A stretch of DNA of 64,000 bases, taken from NCBI GenBank assembly GCA_903912365.1, contig CAIWGV010000045.1, positions 21,886-85,885 on the forward strand, read 5' to 3'. The notes under the pieces were generated by a model that was not told the DNA's origin, searched no databases, and was given only the letters and a program-made list of their open reading frames with translations. How positions within the stretch are numbered: position 1 is the first letter of the stretch; every line of letters begins with the position of its first letter. The position numbers were made by a program, and so were the translations under genes. This DNA comes from an uncultured Alphaproteobacteria bacterium. GTDB taxonomy: Bacteria; Pseudomonadota; Alphaproteobacteria; UBA7879; UBA5542. Below are positions 1 to 6,748 of this stretch, piece by piece.

Positions 1-580
1 TTCTATTGTGGGGATTGACCCCGTTAGCACGGAGCAAATTACTTGGGAAGAAATTGAAAAAGCCTCCCAAGATGCCTCCTATAGAATGGTTCTTAGAGAG
101 ACAGTTTCCCAAAAAGATCGTCGCACCACAGGTCCTAAGTACACGCCTCTCAACAAGCGTCAGGATAAACCAGATGCAGTGAGTTGGTTGTTAAAACATC
201 ACCCTGAGCTTACGGATAACCAGATCATTAAACTTGTGGGAACTACGAAGACCACTATTGATAAAATTCGTCATAGAAGCCACTGGAATATGTCCAACCT
301 TAAGCCTCGGAGTCCGGTGGATCTTGGAATTTGCAAGCAGAAGGATCTGGATGCCGTTCTAGATCGCATCAAAAGCAAAGAACTTGCGGCTCAAAAAAGC
401 CTGGAACGGAAAGAACGTCTCTTGGAAAAAAAGAAGGAAAAGCCCGCTGTCAAAAAAGAAAAGGCTGTAAAAAAGGCTTCTACCAAGAAAGAATCTGCTC
501 CTAAAAAAGAAGCACCTAAGAAAGCAGCACCGAAGAAGGCGCCAGCCAAAAAGAAAGCGACTAAGCCCAAGAAGGCATGA
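1..580 (+). CDS. DUF1013-family conserved alphaproteobacterial protein, 5'-truncated by the window edge, with a Lys/Ala-rich histone H1-like C-terminal tail
   Basis: The translated ORF carries the motif block TGPKYTPLNKRQDKPDAVSWLLKHHPELTDNQIIKLVGTTKTTIDKIRHRSHWNMSNLKPRSPVDLGIC, which I recall as the DUF1013 family core. The N-terminal roughly 50 aa expected for the family are absent, so the true start lies upstream of position 1. The C-terminal 60 aa are KKEKPAVKKEKAVKKASTKK...KKAPAKKKATKPKKA repeats. Confidence 0.55.
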   Translation, partial: SIVGIDPVSTEQITWEEIEKASQDASYRMVLRETVSQKDRRTTGPKYTPLNKRQDKPDAVSWLLKHHPELTDNQIIKLVGTTKTTIDKIRHRSHWNMSNLKPRSPVDLGICKQKDLDAVLDRIKSKELAAQKSLERKERLLEKKKEKPAVKKEKAVKKASTKKESAPKKEAPKKAAPKKAPAKKKATKPKKA

Positions 581-1032
581 CTGAGCTGACTATCCTGAAG
601 GGGGTATTTCTCCTCACGGGAGGATACATTGCTTATGAGGATTTTCGGTTTGGCAAGATTCCAAAGGAGGCAGTCTATGGGATAGGCCTTCTCTTGATTC
701 TATGGATTTTTTCAAGGGGGTTTTGGGAAGAGCATCTTATCTGTGGGCTCCTGAGCTTTTTCTTTATCTTTGCTCTTTTCTATTCTTTTAAGTTTTATAA
801 AAAGGTAATCCCTTTAGGGGGCGGGGACCTGAAGCTTTTCCCTCTTCTGGGGGCCTTTAATACGCTTGAGTCTTTTCCTTTTTTTCTCATTTACACGGGG
901 CTTTTGGGAATTTTTACAGCCCTGTTTTATAGGATAGTTTTAAAACGAGAAAAATTTCCTTTGGGGCCCGCTTTAATGGGGGGAGGCACTCTAACCCTCT
1001 TTTATGTTCCTACGATTGACAACCTCTTTTAA
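577..1032 (+). CDS. A24-family prepilin peptidase-like polytopic membrane protein (CpaA/TadV-like)
   Basis: The ORF is 151 aa with four or five hydrophobic helices. It has a D-x-R-x-G-K-I-P block (YEDFRFGKIP) and a GGGDLKL block resembling the two Asp-containing signature motifs of A24 peptidases (IPN / GxGDxKL). Its ATG overlaps the stop of the upstream gene in an ATGA arrangement. Confidence 0.45.
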   Translation: MTELTILKGVFLLTGGYIAYEDFRFGKIPKEAVYGIGLLLILWIFSRGFWEEHLICGLLSFFFIFALFYSFKFYKKVIPLGGGDLKLFPLLGAFNTLESFPFFLIYTGLLGIFTALFYRIVLKREKFPLGPALMGGGTLTLFYVPTIDNLF

Positions 1033-1060
1033 ACTCTGCGATACTTTAGCCAGGGGAATC

Positions 1061-1495
1061 ATGAAAAGAAAGTATCTTGTTTCATCGGCTGTGTTGTCTG
1101 CTCTGATCAGTGTATCGGGAGCCGATCCTTTTGGCGGCGGCAAATTTCCCTCTCCGCCCGCACCCTGGGGCCCTCCTCCCGGTGCGCCGCCCCTTCCTAA
1201 ACCCACTCCTATGGAATATGAGAAGTGCTATGGCGTAGCAGGTCATCATGAGAATGATTGCTCCTATGCGTCTTTTGATGGGGATATTTCAACGTGTGCA
1301 GGTACTGCCAAAGCCTGTAATCCCGCCGCATGGCGATGGGTTCCAAAAGGCCAATGCCAGTATACTGTAGTGGGAAATGATGCGGAGGGCAAAAACCTCA
1401 TGGGAACTCTTGAGGCCTCCATGGATCGGGGAGTACCTGTGAAATGCACGCCTTATAATCCAAAAGTTTTAGCCTCTAAGGACTATGGTCTCTAA
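1061..1495 (+). CDS. bufA: DUF2282-type RiPP precursor (bufferin BufA-like): Sec signal peptide, Pro-rich linker and Cys-rich core
   Basis: An AGGGGAA Shine-Dalgarno sits 5 nt before the ATG at 1061. The signal peptide is MKRKYLVSSAVLSALISVSGA. The core EKCYGVAGHHENDCSYA...STCAG...KACNP...WRWVPKGQCQY matches the conserved DUF2282 Cys pattern. The gene overlaps the downstream DUF692 gene by 11 nt. Confidence 0.7.
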   Translation: MKRKYLVSSAVLSALISVSGADPFGGGKFPSPPAPWGPPPGAPPLPKPTPMEYEKCYGVAGHHENDCSYASFDGDISTCAGTAKACNPAAWRWVPKGQCQYTVVGNDAEGKNLMGTLEASMDRGVPVKCTPYNPKVLASKDYGL

Positions 1496-2315
1496 AATTC
1501 CCACCGCTGTTGGTGTGGGGCTGAGGCTTCCCCACTTTAAGGATTTTCTGGAAACACCACGCCCAAATATTTCGTGGTTAGAGGTTCATCCGGAAAATTA
1601 TAAAATTGGATCCTCTCTAAAAATATTGGAACAAATTCGTCAAGATTACCCCCTTAGCCTTCATGGGGTGGGACTTTCTTTAGGATCTCCTTCTTTAGAC
1701 CCTGAGCATTTAAAGTTTCTAAAGTCTCTCTGTGACAGATTGAACCCTGGCCTTGTATCCGAACATGTGGCATGGAGTGTTCTAGAGGGGCATTATCTGA
1801 ATGACTTGTTGCCACTCCCCTATACTCAAGAATCCCTGAATCTTTTGGTGCAGAATATCCAACAGACTCAAGAATTTTTAGGCCGGGAGATCTTGGTGGA
1901 AAATCCTTCTTCGTATCTGACATTTCATCAGTCTACTTTTTCTGAAGAAGTCTTCATGGTAGAGGTAGCCACGCGAAGTGGGTGCAAAATATTGCTCGAT
2001 ATCAACAACGTCTACGTGAGCGCTACCAACCATGGCTTCTGTCCCCGCGCCTATATTGAGACCTTTCGGGGACTTGATCTTGTGAAGGAAATGCACCTTG
2101 CGGGCCATCATCGGGTAAGGGCGGATTTTTTAGTGGACGATCATGGATCTGCCATTTCGGAAGAAGTCTGGGATTTGTATGAGTATGCTCTTAAAATTTC
2201 AGGACCTGTTCCCACATTGGTGGAGTGGGACAATAATGTCCCCTCCCTGGAGATTCTATTGGGTGAGGCAAAAAAAGCGGAAAAAATCATGGAGGGCATC
2301 CATGAAACTGTATGA
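1485..2315 (+). CDS. bufB: DUF692 / MNIO-family (multinuclear non-heme iron oxidative) RiPP-modifying enzyme, MbnB/BufB-like
   Basis: Family motifs are present: GVGLRLPH, WLEVHPENY, HGVGLSLGS, SEHVAW, ENPSSY, DINNVYVSATNHG, HLAGH and TLVEWDNNVP. The gene is translationally coupled to the genes on both sides. Confidence 0.85.
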   Translation: MVSKIPTAVGVGLRLPHFKDFLETPRPNISWLEVHPENYKIGSSLKILEQIRQDYPLSLHGVGLSLGSPSLDPEHLKFLKSLCDRLNPGLVSEHVAWSVLEGHYLNDLLPLPYTQESLNLLVQNIQQTQEFLGREILVENPSSYLTFHQSTFSEEVFMVEVATRSGCKILLDINNVYVSATNHGFCPRAYIETFRGLDLVKEMHLAGHHRVRADFLVDDHGSAISEEVWDLYEYALKISGPVPTLVEWDNNVPSLEILLGEAKKAEKIMEGIHETV

Positions 2316-3003
2316 ACTTCAAAAGAGTTTTAAGGAACAGATCCTGAGTTCTGTCCCTCTTGAAACGCCTCTGGAGGTGCATCGGTATCATACATTCTAT
2401 ACCCTTCAAAAAACCTTGTCTCGGACCTTTAAACAAACAAAAAAGTTTTTGGGGGAAAAAGAATTCTCGAGCTTGGCAGAGAGTTTTATTGAAAAGAGTC
2501 CACCACCTAACCCTTATTTATGTCTTTATGGAAAAGAGTTTCCAAATCTTTTGAAAGATCCCCTTCTGAAAGATTTGGCTACTTTAGAATGGTATCTTCA
2601 GGAATCTTTAAATGCTTATGAAGAGGCCGGGGATGACTTTCTGTCTCGATTAGCAGACATAAATCCCGATAGGTTTGATGAGCTGACTTTTGTCTTGAGT
2701 CCTACCCTCCGGCTTTTTAAATCCTCCTATAATTTGAAACTTCTTTTTACGCAGGAGGCTCTTTTTGAAGAAAATTTTATCCGGGGAGAGTTTTATTTTC
2801 TCTGTAAAACTGCAGGAACTGTGGCCCATGTACTGGCAGTCCCTTTGGATCAAGGAATATTTCTAGAAGCCCTGCACAACGGAGATTCTTTAGGATGCGC
2901 TCACGACAAAGCTCTTAAACAGAACAGGGATTTTAATCTTGAGACAACTCTTGCTCATCACTTTCAAGAAAGAAACTTCGTTAGTTTCCTTCACAGAACC
3001 TAA
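2302..3003 (+). CDS. bufC: DUF2063-family partner protein of MNIO enzymes (BufC-like)
   Basis: The ATG at 2302 overlaps the bufB stop by 14 nt. The N-terminus LQKSF...YHTFYTLQKTL...LGEKEF..LAESFIEKSPPPNPYLCLYGKEFPNLL fits the DUF2063 putative DNA-binding N-domain. The longer ORF beginning at 2143 is an artefact that runs inside bufB. Confidence 0.7.
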   Translation: MKLYELQKSFKEQILSSVPLETPLEVHRYHTFYTLQKTLSRTFKQTKKFLGEKEFSSLAESFIEKSPPPNPYLCLYGKEFPNLLKDPLLKDLATLEWYLQESLNAYEEAGDDFLSRLADINPDRFDELTFVLSPTLRLFKSSYNLKLLFTQEALFEENFIRGEFYFLCKTAGTVAHVLAVPLDQGIFLEALHNGDSLGCAHDKALKQNRDFNLETTLAHHFQERNFVSFLHRT

Positions 3004-3013
3004 AGTCCTCCAG

Positions 3014-3028
3014 AGCCCCGAAGGGGCT
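3014..3028 (+). terminator. Short GC hairpin (AGCCCC-GAA-GGGGCT) after bufC, a possible weak terminator
   Basis: A 6-bp stem with a 3-nt loop lies 10 nt after the bufC stop. It is not followed immediately by a U tract; a T-rich stretch occurs about 15 nt later, and an AT-rich region follows. Confidence 0.3.
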
Positions 3029-3250
3029 TGAGATCGAACTTATTCCTTTTAAAAATCCATTTGTTTTGGTCCTCTAATCCCGAACTGAGGTCATTAAGTA
3101 ATTCTACAGCAAACAGTGATTTTTTATATTTATTTATATGTAAAACTTAATAAATAAATTATTATAAATACTAAAAAATGATTGTAATATTAAATAGAAA
3201 TGTCATAATCACGCCCCTTAAGAACATTTTTGTGCGTGGATATAAATACT

Positions 3251-6200
3251 ATGATTATAAAAAGATTATTTTTATTATTTTCTTACTGTTGTTTTATTGT
3301 TAATGGAGAATGCATTCCAGCGGATTTGGAAGAGAGGTCCGCTTTTCTCCGAACTATTAATGGGCATACATTAGACTATCGGGAAACCAAAGAAATGGTT
3401 AAAGGGTTTTTAACCCAACCTTCTGTTCCTAGCGATGACTTCTGTTTATCTGTGCATACATTTGTTTCCGGATTTATTCTGGATTCTAATACCCCTTTTG
3501 GTCATAGCGATAATTTTTCATCTTTTATTCAAATCATTACGGGCGTTTCTTATGAAGATTTTCAGGACATCCAGTCCTACGTTAAGCGCTTTTCCGAAGA
3601 ATATGGGTTAAATGGAGGAGGGGAAGTAACCCCATATAGAGATATCGATGATCTTTGGACAATTACAAATGCTTTAGCAAGCGTTAGGGGTGACTGTCAA
3701 GATCAGGAAGAATTCAGACACCACATGCAACCCCTCGTTGATCTCTTTGAGCAACCGGAAAATCTTGAAACACCTCAGGGGGAAAAACTTATCTGCATAA
3801 GCCGTCACAGCGATATTATTGAAGTATTAGGGAATACCATCCCTGTGAGGGACTGGTCTCATAAAGTTCCTCATTTTGGCGCTCTTATGAGAAAGTGGCC
3901 CAATTCTCATGAGTGTGGGGAAGAGCCCATTATTAGTATCTTGGCTCAATTAGAACCATCCTGTGATGTTGGTGCCTTTGTTCAGGGCGTTCTTAAGCTT
4001 ACACAAGGTGCCCAAGACTTAGAAGGGACTGAAGCATTATCAAGGATGGGCAATATCTATATGGCACAAGAGGGAGCAGAGTCCTGGGAAAGACTAATCG
4101 CCGGGGTAGAGCATATTTTTCCAGAGACCCTTGATCTATCAGAAGAGGAGTCTGTCCTTGATCGGGTGCAGGTTTTAGAAGGGCTCCATTCTTTAGGAAA
4201 TCCGTCTCATCTTTCTGCATTCTTAGAAAACTTCCTTCCTTTTTTGACTCCCGATATGAACTCTCAAATCCGAGCTTCTTTGTTTGAGAAAATTTATAAT
4301 TTTGATTTCGATCGGGTATCCCAGTGTCCTTCAGGCAGATTTTTTTATCTGGATGTCTTAGGAGCTTTTCTTTACCCCGATGTAAGACCCGAAGAAAAAT
4401 ACTTTTTTTTGCGAAACATAGATATTTGGGCGAGAGATTCAGGTCAAGATATTTTCGCATTTCATAAATTTTATCGTCATTTAAAAAAATCAAAGGATCC
4501 TTTAGTCGTCTCTGACGAAAACCTTAAGAAGCTGTATGTACTTCTTAAGTTATCGTCCCCTGAACTTCATGCCTTCTTAGGGCTGTTTCCAAAAGAGATG
4601 GAAGGGGAGGACCTGGAGGCTATGTTAGAAACTATTAATCCTCAAGGAATTTTTCACAAAAGAAATTCTCAAGAGAGTAAAGAAGATTTAATTCTAGTGC
4701 TGAAAGCAATTGAGGAGCCTCAGAGAGTTAGATTTATAAAGAGCTTAAGAAGACTCACGAAAGGTGTCTCCTCTAATTCTGCAATTTATAATATGGCCCA
4801 ATATTTGCAAGAGCAACCTTCTGCCTCTTGGGAAGCCCTGAGCACTTCTTTTGAAGTTTTTTTGGGCGACGATCCTTCTCTGACAGGTGCCCTAAGAATG
4901 GACGTAATCCAAAAATTGGGCACCCTTTCTGCTCCTTATCGTCAGCAACTTTTAGAAGGGATACAGCCTTTTTTAGTAGGAATGAATGCTTCGGAAAAAA
5001 TATCCGTTTTTAGAGGATTTCATAAACTTTCTCCAAACATGCTCCCAGAAGCAATTGCATGTGCCCAGAAGACTTTAGACTTATCCTGGTCCCTGGAAAA
5101 TGAAATCTTCTTTTTGCTAAACATTAAAACTTTTGCCGAGCATCAAAATATCACAAAACTTTTGCCCTATATTCAAAAAACAGAAAATTTCCTCTTTCGA
5201 AACCAAAAAAATCAGGCTATCTTGAATAAATTTGCTAACCTCTCCTTAAAGAGTCAGAAATCTTTTTTGACCTTTTTTACATCGGACATGACACCTGGTA
5301 ACCTTCTCTCTATTTTAAATTTATTAACCAAAGAAATTCCACTCGATGAGTTAGATCTTATTACGAAGCGGGCCGAGTTTCAGGTGCGGCATCTAACAAG
5401 TCTTAATAGACGAATAGAGTCCATTCAAAAAACTTTTGATGAAGTAAAAGGTATTGAGTCCTTGAATATGATCCTCATCAAAGCAGCAGGCCCAGAACCC
5501 CTTGCGGATTTGACGGATACGCCTATGGCCCTGGCAAAAGGGTTTAAAAGTCTAACGGACCAAATTAATATTACAAAGCCAGATCAACGTAACTATTTGC
5601 ATGTAAGCGCCATTGAAGAGGGACCATCGAAATCTCCGGAAGAAAGTGCAGCCATTATGGAAAGAGTAATAAAAAGATTTCTTTCTGTCATGGAGGTCAT
5701 GGAGGGGAAAAAAGAAAGGCCAAATAGCAATGTATTTTGGGAACCTCATGCAGAAGACAAACTCTTGATTTTGAATGCCCTGAAGCATATTTTGAATGCT
5801 CTTCAAATAAAAGGCCAAGAAAATTTTGAAGAGGCGCTTCCTTATCTGGGAATTTTGATAAGGGCATTTCATTACTGCCCTGCAGCTCAAGCAGAGGGAG
5901 TGGAAAGTGTAGTTAATGCCCTTATTTATGGAGAAAATTGTGGCGCCACAGAATTGCCGGTTCTCCTTAAGAAGTCTGTGGTACAAGGGGTCCATAAAGC
6001 TCTTGTAAATGAATTTTTTGAGGGGGAACATGAACAAAATTCTCACCAATTATCAATGGCTCGCGATGCTTTAAGGGATCATTTGCCCGCTCGAGTTCTC
6101 AGTACTTTTTCAGATAAAATTTACCCAGTGACTCCCGATGACTCAAAAAAAATTCGGGATCGTTTTGCCTTGGCCCTAACGGAGGATGTTTTAATCCAAG

Positions 6201-6577
6201 AAGTGCGCGCCTTTATTCTGCCCCCTGAATATTATTCTTGGCAAAAAGAACGGGAAGACCTGGAAAGAAATCGAAATGATGAAAAAAAGTTGCAGGAGAT
6301 TAAACGGCGCCAGGAAATATGTCTGAAAGAGCACCCTGTAACGGTGACAGATATTGCTGCATGGTTGCTGACCCAAGATAAAGAACCTAATAATATGGAA
6401 AAAGGAGATTACGGGTTCGCAGACTATGGGATCGACTCTGATCATACAACCATTTCAGACGAAGGGATTCGCCTCCTTTTAATTGATTTTGGATATATTA
6501 GAAGCGAGCAACGAAGTGCGGAATTTTTTGAAGACACTCAAGATTCAAAGAAACCAAAGCTTGAAGTTAGCGCCTAA
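3251..6577 (+). CDS. Large (about 1108 aa) secreted or exported hypothetical protein, helical-repeat-like, with no recognisable domain
   Basis: The ATG at 3251 gives the signal-peptide-like N-terminus MIIKRLFLLFSYCCFIVNGEC. The ORF table start at 3230 is a TTG. The frame is long, uninterrupted and preceded by an AT-rich promoter-like region. I recognised no catalytic motifs. Confidence 0.5.
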   Translation: MIIKRLFLLFSYCCFIVNGECIPADLEERSAFLRTINGHTLDYRETKEMVKGFLTQPSVPSDDFCLSVHTFVSGFILDSNTPFGHSDNFSSFIQIITGVSYEDFQDIQSYVKRFSEEYGLNGGGEVTPYRDIDDLWTITNALASVRGDCQDQEEFRHHMQPLVDLFEQPENLETPQGEKLICISRHSDIIEVLGNTIPVRDWSHKVPHFGALMRKWPNSHECGEEPIISILAQLEPSCDVGAFVQGVLKLTQGAQDLEGTEALSRMGNIYMAQEGAESWERLIAGVEHIFPETLDLSEEESVLDRVQVLEGLHSLGNPSHLSAFLENFLPFLTPDMNSQIRASLFEKIYNFDFDRVSQCPSGRFFYLDVLGAFLYPDVRPEEKYFFLRNIDIWARDSGQDIFAFHKFYRHLKKSKDPLVVSDENLKKLYVLLKLSSPELHAFLGLFPKEMEGEDLEAMLETINPQGIFHKRNSQESKEDLILVLKAIEEPQRVRFIKSLRRLTKGVSSNSAIYNMAQYLQEQPSASWEALSTSFEVFLGDDPSLTGALRMDVIQKLGTLSAPYRQQLLEGIQPFLVGMNASEKISVFRGFHKLSPNMLPEAIACAQKTLDLSWSLENEIFFLLNIKTFAEHQNITKLLPYIQKTENFLFRNQKNQAILNKFANLSLKSQKSFLTFFTSDMTPGNLLSILNLLTKEIPLDELDLITKRAEFQVRHLTSLNRRIESIQKTFDEVKGIESLNMILIKAAGPEPLADLTDTPMALAKGFKSLTDQINITKPDQRNYLHVSAIEEGPSKSPEESAAIMERVIKRFLSVMEVMEGKKERPNSNVFWEPHAEDKLLILNALKHILNALQIKGQENFEEALPYLGILIRAFHYCPAAQAEGVESVVNALIYGENCGATELPVLLKKSVVQGVHKALVNEFFEGEHEQNSHQLSMARDALRDHLPARVLSTFSDKIYPVTPDDSKKIRDRFALALTEDVLIQEVRAFILPPEYYSWQKEREDLERNRNDEKKLQEIKRRQEICLKEHPVTVTDIAAWLLTQDKEPNNMEKGDYGFADYGIDSDHTTISDEGIRLLLIDFGYIRSEQRSAEFFEDTQDSKKPKLEVSA

Positions 6578-6646
6578 AAATAGCTCCGTTTCAAAAATTT
6601 GGATCGGACAAAAATCTTCTGATTTTTGAGGAGTTAGGAAACATGA

Positions 6647-6666
6647 ACTCATAAATTTTTATGAGT
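6647..6666. promoter_or_regulatory. 9-2-9 inverted repeat ACTCATAAA-TT-TTTATGAGT upstream of the subtilase gene (operator or hairpin candidate)
   Basis: The arms are perfect 9-bp inverted repeats. The element lies about 85 nt upstream of the 6749 ATG, which has an AAGGAG Shine-Dalgarno. Confidence 0.3.
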
Positions 6667-6748
6667 AAATCCAGTATTTCGAATAGAGAGAAATTGATAG
6701 ACTGGGGAAGATATCCATTGTAAGCTTAAAGCAACAAGGAGCAAGATA

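Noticed and set aside
2143-2301. The longer ORF-table start for the DUF2063 gene at 2143
   Set aside because: The first 53 codons lie in the other frame inside the DUF692 gene and are low-complexity. The ATG at 2302 gives a family-typical N-terminus and a standard coupled overlap.
6440-6480. LLLIDFGYI near the C-terminus of the 1,100-aa protein resembles a protein-kinase DFG motif
   Set aside because: It lies only about 35 residues from the stop. No HRD-like catalytic loop, glycine-rich loop or VAIK lysine precedes it. This is most likely coincidental.
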